Origin: a virus
Lineage: Duplodnaviria > Caudoviricetes
Length of the DNA: 52,988 nucleotides
IMG/VR virus record: IMGVR_UViG_3300029156_000003
Location: 1-52,988 of that record
Reading direction: 5' to 3' (one strand)
Of this stretch, positions 43,097-52,988 are shown piece by piece. The notes beneath the pieces were generated by a model. That model saw only the letters and a list, made by a program, of their open reading frames with translations. It was not told the origin of the DNA and made no database searches. Position 1 is the stretch's first letter; each line of letters starts with the position of its first letter. Made by a program: the position numbers and the translations under genes.

Positions 43097-43566
43097 TGAC
43101 TGAGGCGACGATTAGAGCCGCGATTGTGGACGGTATCGAAGATGTGACCGATGCGGGCGTGGTTTATGACCATATACCGTGGTCAGGTAGTTGGGATGTC
43201 CATTTGGCACTATTTCAATGCCGGGTGGCGGGCATCAATGCGTTTCGTGGGTTCACCGTGTCACTTGCGGCGGGCGCACCAATCAGCGTCACCGGCGAGA
43301 TACTTGGCACAACCGCAGGGACAGACGTTAAGACGTTTAACTACACGGTGCGCGGGTATCACGGCATCAACGAAGCCGACAACAGTGAGAATGAATTCAT
43401 TGAAGTGGTTATCGCCGTAATGGACAAGATTGACACGCTCAACCTGTCAGAGTTCAAGCGAGATCGGGCGCAGCTTGTCACATACCAACCCGAAACCATC
43501 GGCGATGTGTTATGTCACTACGCCGAAATAGCGGTATCCAATATTCGTGAAGAGGTCGATTGCTAA
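43096..43566 (+). CDS. Tail terminator/completion protein
   Basis: IRAAIV..I..V...G.VY; GDVLCHYAEI; position. Confidence 0.6.
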   Translation: MTEATIRAAIVDGIEDVTDAGVVYDHIPWSGSWDVHLALFQCRVAGINAFRGFTVSLAAGAPISVTGEILGTTAGTDVKTFNYTVRGYHGINEADNSENEFIEVVIAVMDKIDTLNLSEFKRDRAQLVTYQPETIGDVLCHYAEIAVSNIREEVDC

Positions 43567-43817
43567 TGACAGTCATACTCAAATATCAACGCCAAAATAT
43601 ACCCGTTATCTTGAGCCAGATCGACAACCCCACCAAGGCTGCACTACTCGACATTATCGCCGCGTATGAGGATGGCGTTGACGTGTCGGAGGCTCTGGCC
43701 AATTGGGGCGGCACGGGCGGCACGTGTGGCGATGCAATCGCCGAATATTTAGCACAAAATCATAAACCAAAAACGAAAACCGTCCGAAAACGGGCGCGTA
43801 AAACAGAGGTGAAATAA
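43566..43817 (+). CDS. Hypothetical protein
   Basis: Coupled chain. Confidence 0.5.
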   Translation: MTVILKYQRQNIPVILSQIDNPTKAALLDIIAAYEDGVDVSEALANWGGTGGTCGDAIAEYLAQNHKPKTKTVRKRARKTEVK

Positions 43818-45337
43818 TGGCAATTACTCCACTAAAATCCTCGCAGATTACAACCTGGGTTAGTAGCGATGGGCGGTTTTCTGTGGCGGAGGCGTACAAT
43901 GTACGCGAATCAGGTTACAGCGGCTTGACCTTGCCAGGTCGGGGCGATGTGACCATCAATTATGGTTATGGCAACGGTGGGCAGCCGGTGGTCAGGTCTG
44001 TTGATCTTGGCACACCGGGCGCGCCATCCATCACGCTCGATTCGTTCTTAGGCACGATGCGAGATCGGCTGATGGAAATGCACTTGACCGGCGAAGTATC
44101 TTGGATACAAGAGCGCGCCAAAGGGTGCGGCTCGGTTCCTGACAATCCATTTTCAAATGACATCGTATTCCACCTTGAGTATCCCCGCACTGGCGACGTG
44201 TCAATCGGCGATAAAGACAGCAACTTCTCTAGCACCGATGTGACGCAGACCGTACCATTCACGTCAGAATCTTACGCAGTTTTGTTCAAAGGCGAGATTA
44301 GCGCACTGACCACCAGCGAAACCGCCGACGCAAACGCGGCTTGGATTGCGGATTGGTCGAAGGATACCTGTGGCTCTGGCTACGTTGGGCCTGATAAGAT
44401 CGCCTACATCGCGTGTGACGCGGGTAGTTCAGCAACGCCAAATGTGCTATACACATCTGATAGCGGCAGCACTTGGGCGGCAACATCAGCAGACCCGTTC
44501 ACGACCAACGACGAACACGCGAATTTTATTCAAGGTTTCCCGAAGTCTGACACGCAATTCCGTATTATCGTCGGGCGCACGGTAGCCGATGCCAGCAATC
44601 CACCAGAGATCGCCTATTCCACCGTCACGTATGGCGACGAAGGGACAACGGTCTGGACGCAAGTTGACATTGGCTCGACCAATAACGAAACCGTCACAGC
44701 CGTTTATGTGGCCTCAGCGCAAAACATCTTCGTGGCAACATCAGGCGGCGAAATCTACCGATCAACCGATCAAGGCGAATCGTTTAGCGGCGTTTATGAT
44801 GGCACGCAAATGAACGCCTTTGCCATCGACTACACCAACGGCAACTTGTACGCCGCAGGTGCAAGCAACGTTTTACTTCGCTCAACCGACGATGGCGCAA
44901 GCTGGTCAGCCATCACCGGGCCAACCGGCTCAAACGCCTCAACCGCCATCTACATCGCCAACGATGCAATCTGGCTTGGCAACGGCACGGCGATTTTCTA
45001 CACCGAAGCCAAGAAACCGAGTAGCGCAAACCAGTGGACAAGCCAGAAAGATTTTGGATCCAATCACAGCGTCAAGACCATCGACTGCAAAGGCAAGCCA
45101 ACCGGCATCAATGGTGGCTCGTCTCAATTGGTCGAGTTGGTTGTGAGCGATTCAAGCGGCAACGAAGGCGACGTGTGGAAAACCTTCGACGGTGGCGAGA
45201 CTTGGGAGGAGGTCACGAACGTGACGAACTCCGGTTATGGCCTCGCGTATTTCAGCAAAAATGATGACAATTTCTGCATTATTCCAGGTGAGGACGACAC
45301 GAGTACAGCGGTCATTCATAAATACGCCGCCGCGTAG
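43817..45337 (+). CDS. Major tail tube-like protein with C-terminal BNR beta-propeller
   Basis: Position before chaperone/TMP; TSDSGSTW, RSTDQGESF, RSTDDGASW, KTFDGGETW. Confidence 0.6.
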   Translation: MAITPLKSSQITTWVSSDGRFSVAEAYNVRESGYSGLTLPGRGDVTINYGYGNGGQPVVRSVDLGTPGAPSITLDSFLGTMRDRLMEMHLTGEVSWIQERAKGCGSVPDNPFSNDIVFHLEYPRTGDVSIGDKDSNFSSTDVTQTVPFTSESYAVLFKGEISALTTSETADANAAWIADWSKDTCGSGYVGPDKIAYIACDAGSSATPNVLYTSDSGSTWAATSADPFTTNDEHANFIQGFPKSDTQFRIIVGRTVADASNPPEIAYSTVTYGDEGTTVWTQVDIGSTNNETVTAVYVASAQNIFVATSGGEIYRSTDQGESFSGVYDGTQMNAFAIDYTNGNLYAAGASNVLLRSTDDGASWSAITGPTGSNASTAIYIANDAIWLGNGTAIFYTEAKKPSSANQWTSQKDFGSNHSVKTIDCKGKPTGINGGSSQLVELVVSDSSGNEGDVWKTFDGGETWEEVTNVTNSGYGLAYFSKNDDNFCIIPGEDDTSTAVIHKYAAA

Positions 45338-45368
45338 TAGCAGTAACATAGAAAGGTAATACCAGATC

Positions 45369-46076
45369 GTGACTGATAATACTGTCACAATCGAATTAAC
45401 GAACGGCTTTAAGACCGAGGTTCGCCGCCTCGGTCTTTTTGAAATTCAAGATTTTGTCGGCCAGCCCAATCTCGCGCCATACACCATCGAAGGCGAATTG
45501 CCAAGCGGTCAAAAGTATCGGCAATTCTACGATCTGAGCTACGACAGACCCAAGCCCGATACGCCAATGGAACTATGCGAGAAGAATACGGGTGACTACT
45601 GGGATTGGGTCGAGTGGCACAACTGGCAAGACGGGCTGGTGTATGAGCAACAACGCATCAATGCCTATGCCGACTATTGCCGCAATGCCGCTGACTACAT
45701 CAGACGCAATGCCATCGTTGGACCATTGCCAGATGACATTACCGTTGAGGATTGGCACGCCATCACCCAAGCGGCACTATGTCACACCGTCACGCCCGCC
45801 GATGTGGACAAGGCGATTGTGATGCTTGAGGCAAATTATCAAGGCACGCCATTGAGTGAGGCTTATACCAACGTGGCAAAATCGGGCCTTAGCTATGATT
45901 TCCGTGTGGTCGAGCTTGACTTGATGATGGCGTTGCGTGAAACAGAGGACATCTATTTTAGCCGCAGTGTGATGGATAGAGCGCGGCTGATTGCGAAAGA
46001 TCAAATCAAGGCGATGGGGCAAGCTCTAGACCATCGCGCCGCCATCGAGCAAACAAAGGCCAACGCCGATGGCTAA
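45369..46076 (+). CDS. Putative tail assembly chaperone
   Basis: Position between tube and TMP; GTG start with GAAAGG. Confidence 0.5.
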   Translation: MTDNTVTIELTNGFKTEVRRLGLFEIQDFVGQPNLAPYTIEGELPSGQKYRQFYDLSYDRPKPDTPMELCEKNTGDYWDWVEWHNWQDGLVYEQQRINAYADYCRNAADYIRRNAIVGPLPDDITVEDWHAITQAALCHTVTPADVDKAIVMLEANYQGTPLSEAYTNVAKSGLSYDFRVVELDLMMALRETEDIYFSRSVMDRARLIAKDQIKAMGQALDHRAAIEQTKANADG

Positions 46077-46599
46077 GAAAAAGTTTAATTTTGTACTATC
46101 TCGCAAACCGCCCCCCGCCGCAAAGCAATTCGAGATCGTCAGACGCGAGATACGGGCGCGCTTGGTTGAGGTTGGCAAGTCGCACGTTTCCAGCCGCAAA
46201 CAGGTTGTGGCTAATTGGTCAGCCCGTACCAGACCCGACTTCAAGGCCAAAGTTGGGGTCAATGTGGGTCGAATTACGTTGCAGGTTGATGTTATCGAAC
46301 AAGCATTACCATTTTGGCGATTCGTTGATCGTGGCACACGTCGCCACGTGATACGCGCCAAAAACCCATCGGGCCGCTTGGCGTTTCGGATGGGGGGCTT
46401 TGCCAAAACACAACCCAACCCGCCGCGATATGGGGGTGGCAGGGCTGCAACGGGCGCACTACGCAGACCGCAAGAGGTCAACCACCCAGGCACGAAGGCG
46501 CGGCACTTTAGCCGCAAGATCAACAAAGACCTCAAGAAAGCCGAGCTTGCCGCCATTAAAAACGGAGGGCGCAGTGGATTACGAAAAGCACGTCAATAG
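46069..46599 (+). CDS. HK97 gp10-like tail completion protein
   Basis: FVDRGTRRHVIRAK..L.F..V.HPGTKA. Confidence 0.75.
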   Translation: MAKKKFNFVLSRKPPPAAKQFEIVRREIRARLVEVGKSHVSSRKQVVANWSARTRPDFKAKVGVNVGRITLQVDVIEQALPFWRFVDRGTRRHVIRAKNPSGRLAFRMGGFAKTQPNPPRYGGGRAATGALRRPQEVNHPGTKARHFSRKINKDLKKAELAAIKNGGRSGLRKARQ

Positions 46600-46900
46600 C
46601 CAGTTTGTTCGCCACTTGCTGGCTTACACGCGCCGCACCAATAAGGCCATTGGTATTACGCAAGATGGCAATTTTGAGCAAGGCTTGATAAGCCTCAGAG
46701 CGGCTTTGACCGGTAGCGAAATGGATGAACCTGATTACTGGCAATCGCTAATCGCTGACTGTTTAGCGAAGATCGAATCCTTACAGCGATTGGCCGAAGC
46801 TGGCAACATAGAAGATAGACAAGGGGCCATTGACCTTGGCGCAGAGCTACGCGCCTTGGCAACGATGGCGCATCATCAACGGGAATTGTTAAATGGCTGA
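46574..46900 (+). CDS. Hypothetical protein
   Basis: GGAGG plus GTG start. Confidence 0.5.
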   Translation: MDYEKHVNSQFVRHLLAYTRRTNKAIGITQDGNFEQGLISLRAALTGSEMDEPDYWQSLIADCLAKIESLQRLAEAGNIEDRQGAIDLGAELRALATMAHHQRELLNG

Positions 46901-49376
46901 CGCAGAATATAAATCAACGCTTGACGATAGCGACGTATTAAAAGCCCTAAAACGTGACGAAAAAGCGGTCAAGGGCTTTGCCGACACTGCCAGCAAAGAG
47001 CTTGGCAAGGTTGACAAATCGGTGGATAAACTGTCCACCGGCTTTGGCGGCAAACTCAAGAAAAACATTCTGGCAATCGGCGTGGCCTTAGCGGGGCTGG
47101 GCATTACGGCACAGAAAGCCTTCCAGCAAATCCAAGAAAGCGTCACCGGGCTACGAACAGAACGGGCGTTCTTTTCGCTGGCTGCTGCCGCTGACCAATC
47201 TGGTAATGACATCATCGCCGCAATGGATAGAGCCGCCGCAGGCACGATCAGCCGCTTGGAGTTGATGAACAAGGCAAACCTGGCCTTGCAATTGGGCGTT
47301 GCCAAAACACCGGCTGAGTTTGAAAAGCTGACCAAATCTGCGATTGTGCTTGGGCGTGCTTTAGGCAAAGATGCTTTGTCTAGTCTCGAAGATTTAATCA
47401 CCGCCGCAGGGCGCAAGTCTGTGCTTATCCTCGATAACCTGGGGATTAGTGCTGATGCCGTAAGAGCGCGAATGCAAGGGCTGGCCGAAGTCGAGTTTGG
47501 CAAAGGCTTTGACCAATTGGAGCAAGGGCAGAAAGATGCGCTATTCCTCAAGGCGGCGTTGGATGAGGCCGCCTTTGCCGCAGAAAAAGCGGGCGGCAAC
47601 ATTGACGATCTTGGCGCAAGCCTTGAACGGGCTGGGGCTGGTTTTGACGACTTCAAACAAGAGGCGGGCGAACTTGGCATTATCATTGCGGGCGTGGCTG
47701 ATGATCTGTTTCAATTTGTATCATCCGATCTGCTTGGCATTACGCAAAAGGGGCGTGGGTTTTTTCAAGCGTTGGCCGATGGTGCAAGGGCGTGGCAGTC
47801 AATCACGATTGATGCAATCAGTCTGGTATCGGGCGTGTTTAACGGCTTTGTGCAAGGCGCGAAAGCCGCAGCCGAGCCGCTCATTGACATCTACGATGGG
47901 TTAGCCAAAGCCTTGACGGGCGATTTCTCTGGCTTGGGGGCGGCGCGTGATGCCGCGTTCTCTTCATCCGCAGGGCAACTCGCCAAAGATTTTGACGAAG
48001 CGTTTCGGCAAGGGCTTAAGGACGAATTCAACGACACCCGCGACGAGTTGCGTGATCGCTATGAGCAGATACTAGACCCGCAAGCGGCGATTGACCCAGC
48101 GCAAAACTTGGGTCAGCAAACGGGCGAAGCCATCACCGATGCCACCGTTGAGGCGATTGAGGATGGCGCAGACGACATCGCCAAGGCGCAAGACAAAGCG
48201 GCACGATCCCGCGAAGATCAGGCGATCAAAAACGGACAACGATTGATTGACGTTGAGATTGACACCGAGCGCGACAGACTGGCGATCTTGCGAGATTCGG
48301 CGCGTGATGCCGTTGATGCCGAACGCGACAGGTTGCGTGGGCTTGAGGACATCCGCAAAGATCATCAAGACGATTTAGCCGATGCCGCACGCGATTTGTC
48401 GGACGATGAAACCGACATTGCCCGCGATGGGGCGCGCCAACGATTGGAGATTGAGCGGCGACTGTCACAAAATCGCCTTTCGGCCAAGATCGAATTTCAG
48501 CGGCAGGTGGCCGACATTGAGCGGCAATTCTCGCAATCGGCGCAAGAAGCGGCGATCAACGTTGATGCCCAGGCGTTTAGACGCGCGCAAACCGAGCGGG
48601 CCAATCAGTTACAGGATGCCCAATCGACCCGCGATGAGCGGGTAGAAGATGCCGAGATCGCCGCCAACCAAGAGCGCGAAGCACTCAAAGTACAACAACA
48701 GCAAGCGGTAGACGATGCCAAAATAGAATATGGTCGCCGTGTTGAGGCGTTCAAGCTATCGCTGGAGCGCGAGATCGAGGCTGAGAATTTGGCAATGCAA
48801 CGCAAACTTGAGGACATCAGGATTGCGGAGGAAGTCAAGCTACAGGAATTGGCGATCAAACGGCTTGAGAATTTGGCCGATGTGGAGCTTGACAACCAGC
48901 GACAACTCGAATCAATCGAGCGGCGATTACAGCAAGAGCTTGCGGCAACGATTGCCAACGCCGTTGCCAAGGCCGATGTTGAGATCGCTGAGGCGGTCAG
49001 GGCTGATCGGGAAAAAGAGCGCATCGCCGCAGCCGCAGATGCGCGGCAACGGGCGAGGGCGAATGCCGCCGCCGCTGGCAGAACGCCAAGCGGATTGGGG
49101 GGTATTCCGATCTTGCACGATGGGGGGCCATTACGCAAAGGCCAATCGGCAATCGTTGAAGCTGGCGAACGCTTTTTTACAGCCCCTGCGAATGGCGTGG
49201 TTGTGCCACAAAACCAATTCAGCCCTGCCGCATCGCTACTTGGCGGGGGCGGCTCATCAACCACGACCAACAATAACACCGTCAATGCGGGCTTAACGCC
49301 TGAAATACTCGATTCGCCAGAGATGATGTTTATGGTTGAGCGGATGGTCAATAAGGCGATTGGTGAAATATTATGA
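46893..49376 (+). CDS. Tape measure protein
   Basis: 827 aa helical; GRKSVLILDNLGI motif; long coiled coil; LHDGG..VEAGE.F..P..G.V.P ending. Confidence 0.9.
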   Translation: MADAEYKSTLDDSDVLKALKRDEKAVKGFADTASKELGKVDKSVDKLSTGFGGKLKKNILAIGVALAGLGITAQKAFQQIQESVTGLRTERAFFSLAAAADQSGNDIIAAMDRAAAGTISRLELMNKANLALQLGVAKTPAEFEKLTKSAIVLGRALGKDALSSLEDLITAAGRKSVLILDNLGISADAVRARMQGLAEVEFGKGFDQLEQGQKDALFLKAALDEAAFAAEKAGGNIDDLGASLERAGAGFDDFKQEAGELGIIIAGVADDLFQFVSSDLLGITQKGRGFFQALADGARAWQSITIDAISLVSGVFNGFVQGAKAAAEPLIDIYDGLAKALTGDFSGLGAARDAAFSSSAGQLAKDFDEAFRQGLKDEFNDTRDELRDRYEQILDPQAAIDPAQNLGQQTGEAITDATVEAIEDGADDIAKAQDKAARSREDQAIKNGQRLIDVEIDTERDRLAILRDSARDAVDAERDRLRGLEDIRKDHQDDLADAARDLSDDETDIARDGARQRLEIERRLSQNRLSAKIEFQRQVADIERQFSQSAQEAAINVDAQAFRRAQTERANQLQDAQSTRDERVEDAEIAANQEREALKVQQQQAVDDAKIEYGRRVEAFKLSLEREIEAENLAMQRKLEDIRIAEEVKLQELAIKRLENLADVELDNQRQLESIERRLQQELAATIANAVAKADVEIAEAVRADREKERIAAAADARQRARANAAAAGRTPSGLGGIPILHDGGPLRKGQSAIVEAGERFFTAPANGVVVPQNQFSPAASLLGGGGSSTTTNNNTVNAGLTPEILDSPEMMFMVERMVNKAIGEIL

Positions 49377-49795
49377 GTTCATTTGTGAGCAAGATTCGGC
49401 TACATTCGAGCCAAGCAAATTTGGCGTTGGGCTATCTGCAAGCGTGGGATATACCATCGCCCGATCTGATGATTTACAACGATCACGCGGCACGAACCGA
49501 CAAGGCCGATGGGGGCCAGCATCTTCGCGGGCAAAAGTCCTTTCGGCTGACGTGGGGCGAATTGAGCCAGCATCAAGTTAAAACGCTTCGCGCGATTGCG
49601 GAGTATGCCACCGTGTACGCCACGATCAATAAGGCGTGGATTGCAGACGGTGGAAGCTACGGCTGGATTGACGTGTACGGGCAGGGCATCATTCCACGCG
49701 CCACGCCGAAAGCCAATAGCAACGGCGAAATCTTCGAGAATGTGACGCTTGAGGTTCGCAACTTGACCGTCAACAACGACCCGGCAAGCTTCTAA
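49373..49795 (+). CDS. Distal tail-like protein
   Basis: Directly after TMP. Confidence 0.55.
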   Translation: MSSFVSKIRLHSSQANLALGYLQAWDIPSPDLMIYNDHAARTDKADGGQHLRGQKSFRLTWGELSQHQVKTLRAIAEYATVYATINKAWIADGGSYGWIDVYGQGIIPRATPKANSNGEIFENVTLEVRNLTVNNDPASF

Positions 49796-49956
49796 TGGAG
49801 CTATTGCTGGTCGGTTCAATCGCGCTCAATGTGCTGCTTGCCATTGGCTTGTATCAGGCGAATCAGCGTATCGGCAAACTGGAAGGGCTAATCACGTTGC
49901 ACGCATTGGGCGAGAATCTGATACAGGGCGAAGCGAAGGCGATTAAGGGTAGATAA
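49795..49956 (+). CDS. Small single-TM protein, 53 aa (not in ORF track)
   Basis: MELLLVGSIALNVLLAIGLYQANQRIGKLEG...; TAATG-coupled both sides. Confidence 0.55.
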   Translation: MELLLVGSIALNVLLAIGLYQANQRIGKLEGLITLHALGENLIQGEAKAIKGR

Positions 49957-52091
49957 TGGCAGCACTCACCACCAACGACAAAACCGAATTACGCTCTAGT
50001 AGCAAATTCTCGAAAGAGCAACGCGCCTACGTTTACACAGACTTCACCGAAACCGTTATCTGGCGTGGCACGATCAGCGATGCGTCACCCACACGCGGTC
50101 AGCAGAGTTTTACGGTGTCAGGCTCATTTGAAACGGGCTTTACCAACACGGATGTGCATCGCCATTGCCGCGTGCATATCGGCACGGTGCAAGATTACGA
50201 CGATGCGACAAGGCGCGTGGTCTTGAGCTTCAACGGCACAACCACGCTGGTGGTCGATCAGTCAAGCGACTGGGTTCCCGCCAACGCCCAAACGGTCACG
50301 ATTTACAACCAATATCCGCTCTGGAATAAACTCGCTTACGCGGTGTACGATGAATCAGCCGGGACAGCCGTATTCTATCAAGACGGCAAACCGAGCGGTG
50401 AGGGCGGCGCGGGCATCACCTATAATGAGATCGCGCAACTCAGACCGCATATCCGCATTGGGCGCGATCTTATCAGACGCACCGGTACATTTCCGTTTAC
50501 GGTTGACATTATTCCCTCGATTACGATCACCAACCCCGACGCTTCGAGCGGCACGACCACGGTGACGGTATCGCCACCAGGCTTGGCAACGGTCAGCGCA
50601 CCCGTACCAGGCACGGCACGATTGTCATTTGCTGCGGCTGGCAAAGGCACGGTTCACGTCAAACACACCGACTCGCTTGGCGGCACGACCACGGCGCACC
50701 GGCACATCATCATTGAGGATGAGGACACGCCCATATCATCGGTGATAACCGAGTTTGATTATCGGCGCATTGCCGAACAGGTGGGGCAAGGCAACAAAAC
50801 GGCGCAAGTACGTATCACCGCACCGGATAAGGTTTTTGGTACGACCAACGGACAGATTGATTGGGGCGTATTGCGAAGCGATGCGCTGGTATTCGTCACG
50901 CAAACCGATTACTTCGACGGTAGCGAATCGACCATCACCAGTCTCAAGGAGTCGCTACTCACCGAAACCAACAACATCTTACTGCACGGCTATTCGACAT
51001 CGGCGCGGGAAACGATGATCGCCTCGCCCAGTGCGGTATCATCTGTAACGCTCAATGTTGAAACCTTACCAAGCCAATTCACCTATGCGCTAAGCGTCAC
51101 TGGCAAGACATCACCGGCCAATTTCCTTGAAGCGCGGCCCGCCTTGATGAGTGTGGCAGGCCAAATCTTTATCACCTTGGACGGCTATTCAACGCTTTGC
51201 ACGGTGCAGGATGTCGAATTGCCGTGGTCAGATACGGCACTCAGGGCGGGCAATGAGTTGGTCAATCGTGGCGACATAATGCAAGGCGTGGTCAATCTGG
51301 CCCGCGCCAGGTTGATGGATTTTACCGTCCACGTCGATGGCAGGATTGCGGTGCTACCCGATCTGAATATGGAAACAACCGCCACGCGCAACGCCGCAAC
51401 GACCACCGTGACATTGCTCAATGGCGATCTGACCACCGAGAGAAGTATTGATGTCACACACCGAAACACGGTGGCACGGGTCACGATTCGCGGGGGCGTA
51501 TCCAATGGCGAGCTGGGCAGTACCAGCCAATTTACGCCATACTTGGTCACATCCACCGAAACGCCCTCATCCAATAGCGGCACGGTGCAACCGGACATTC
51601 CGCGTCAGATGTTTGACGACGAAGCCGACGCATTGCATCGGGTTAGCCGCTTTGCCGAGATCTCGAATCAACGGGTTCAGCGTGTGACGGTGCAATTTGA
51701 TGAGCGATACCATCACGCATTCCACATCGCCACCGGCGAGGTCATCAACCTGGGCTTGATTTACGATGCCACCAATAAAGCCAATGCGCGTGGCGAGAAT
51801 GATCTGCGTAATCTCGATGCGATCATTGAGAGTATCAGCTACGCCGAAGGCACAATCACAGTGGTGATGATTCCCGAAGCTCCGGTGGTCGGGTTACCCG
51901 GCGTGACACTGCCGCAGCAAGAATTACCGACGCAGACCGCACTTGACCACAATACGCCGACATTTCCAGACCCATTTGCGTACACGCCGCCAATTGTGGC
52001 CTCTGAAACCGGCATCTTAATTGTCTCTGACCCGACATCGGGCGCATACGCCACCACCGATAGCGGTGGCACTTGGAGCGCGAAAAACTAA
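49956..52091 (+). CDS. Tail tip / baseplate hub protein
   Basis: 711 aa T-rich; position; ends in a partial Asp-box TTDSGGTW. Confidence 0.7.
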   Translation: MAALTTNDKTELRSSSKFSKEQRAYVYTDFTETVIWRGTISDASPTRGQQSFTVSGSFETGFTNTDVHRHCRVHIGTVQDYDDATRRVVLSFNGTTTLVVDQSSDWVPANAQTVTIYNQYPLWNKLAYAVYDESAGTAVFYQDGKPSGEGGAGITYNEIAQLRPHIRIGRDLIRRTGTFPFTVDIIPSITITNPDASSGTTTVTVSPPGLATVSAPVPGTARLSFAAAGKGTVHVKHTDSLGGTTTAHRHIIIEDEDTPISSVITEFDYRRIAEQVGQGNKTAQVRITAPDKVFGTTNGQIDWGVLRSDALVFVTQTDYFDGSESTITSLKESLLTETNNILLHGYSTSARETMIASPSAVSSVTLNVETLPSQFTYALSVTGKTSPANFLEARPALMSVAGQIFITLDGYSTLCTVQDVELPWSDTALRAGNELVNRGDIMQGVVNLARARLMDFTVHVDGRIAVLPDLNMETTATRNAATTTVTLLNGDLTTERSIDVTHRNTVARVTIRGGVSNGELGSTSQFTPYLVTSTETPSSNSGTVQPDIPRQMFDDEADALHRVSRFAEISNQRVQRVTVQFDERYHHAFHIATGEVINLGLIYDATNKANARGENDLRNLDAIIESISYAEGTITVVMIPEAPVVGLPGVTLPQQELPTQTALDHNTPTFPDPFAYTPPIVASETGILIVSDPTSGAYATTDSGGTWSAKN

Positions 52092-52988
52092 TGGCCTTAC
52101 CGAATACCAAAATCAACTATCTGGCGATTGACCCGTATAACCACACCCCTGGCGATCTGACCGCAAGCCGCGTTTATGCGGCTGGCGATGGCTTCCTGGC
52201 TTACTCAGCCGCGAATATGGCATCTTGGACAGACCTAACCAGCGGAATGGGAACGCCACCCAACGGACACGGCGATTCACCCGCACCCGCAGCAAGTACC
52301 ATCAATTACACCTATATCGTCGCCAACCCCTATTCAGACGATGAGATCATCGCCATTGGCGAGTTTGAGAATGGCAGTGGTGAGATTCGGTCATTTATCG
52401 TGACACGCGATAATAGCCTGTCCTGGACTTGGGCAAGTGGCACAACCAGCGATGGCGGCATTGACCCTGAGACGGCTGGCATTGGATGGCTCATCAACAT
52501 CAATCCTGACGATGAGAGCTACGCCAACGATGCCACCGTCACCAGCCTGACCAACGATGGCACGGGCGGCAACGCCTCTGGCGGCACGTCGCCTACGTTC
52601 AAAACCAATGTTAAAAACGGCAAATCAGCCGTGTTGTATGATCGCTCAAGTAGCGAGTATTTGAGCTTTGGCAGTGGCTTGGGCAAACCGTCAGATTGGA
52701 CGATTATCGCCGCATTACGCTGGAATTTCATCGGCACGACTAGCTCGGACATTGCTTTTGCAATGGGGTCTGGCGATGGCAGCAATTCCTATTCAGTTTG
52801 GGGGATGGTCGCCAACGATGGGGCTTCACGGCTCAAATTTGAGTTTGGCGATGATACCGATTATTCAGGCGGGCAATCGGCAAGCGGGCTGCTAGTTGAG
52901 GATGAATGGGTGATCGTATCGCAACGCTATACCGATGGCGACACCGAGCCAGACGCGTGGGTCAATATCGGGGCGCAATCGTGGCCGG
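52091..52988 (+). CDS. Tail-tip protein with propeller blades and LamG/ConA-like domain (3' truncated; not in ORF track)
   Basis: Open frame MALPNTKINYLAIDP...PTFKTNVKNGKSAVLYD..YLSF..WTIIA.. runs to contig end. Confidence 0.75.
   Translation, partial: MALPNTKINYLAIDPYNHTPGDLTASRVYAAGDGFLAYSAANMASWTDLTSGMGTPPNGHGDSPAPAASTINYTYIVANPYSDDEIIAIGEFENGSGEIRSFIVTRDNSLSWTWASGTTSDGGIDPETAGIGWLININPDDESYANDATVTSLTNDGTGGNASGGTSPTFKTNVKNGKSAVLYDRSSSEYLSFGSGLGKPSDWTIIAALRWNFIGTTSSDIAFAMGSGDGSNSYSVWGMVANDGASRLKFEFGDDTDYSGGQSASGLLVEDEWVIVSQRYTDGDTEPDAWVNIGAQSWP

Noticed and set aside
46889-49351. Long minus-strand ORFs opposite the tape measure gene
   Set aside because: Shadow frames produced by codon bias.
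1-52988. Diversity-generating retroelement or retron
   Set aside because: No reverse transcriptase motif, and no template/variable repeat pair noticed.
1-52988. Alternative genetic code
   Set aside because: Standard-code ORFs tile densely and all three stop codons are used at coupled junctions.
1-52988. tRNA or rRNA genes
   Set aside because: No cloverleaf with a T-loop consensus or rRNA-like segment recognised by eye.

Overview
This window holds a near-complete, circularly permuted ~53 kb tailed-phage genome. It looks siphovirus-like, with a tape measure gene and no recognisable sheath gene. The host is probably a monoderm Chloroflexota (Anaerolineae/Caldilineae-like); this is inferred from protein family resemblance, GAAC-N4-GTTC-type SOS boxes and the lack of spanins. 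Gene order is: tail-tip end and fibre (1-4.7 kb); leftward early/accessory operons with an actin-like ParM and ParR-like pair (4.9-12.9 kb); a divergent promoter switch with HTH regulators; a rightward early/replication region (13-28 kb); then the late region. The early region carries TWO paralogous Rep initiators each with its own iterons, a DnaC-like loader, an adenine MTase, a VRR-NUC nuclease and a Lar-MazG fusion. The late region has holin-like genes directly coupled to an intact histidine kinase plus two response regulators (28.4-31 kb), fibre-like structural genes, terminase, portal, a protease-capsid fusion and the tail module, which runs off the right end. No integrase is visible. Most notable are: (1) a phage-encoded HK-RR-RR signalling system inside the lysis cassette; (2) phage-plasmid hallmarks (ParM/ParR, a second Rep with countertranscript RNA); (3) a rich RNA layer (hammerhead ribozyme, C4/CI-like attenuators, antisense RNAs over several start codons, orphan sRNAs); (4) SOS-box-like sites in late promoters; (5) GIY-YIG nucleases fused to copies of their neighbours' DNA-binding domains. 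The first 17 nt are a random-amplification primer tag. All protein calls come from motif recognition by eye; no database searches were run.
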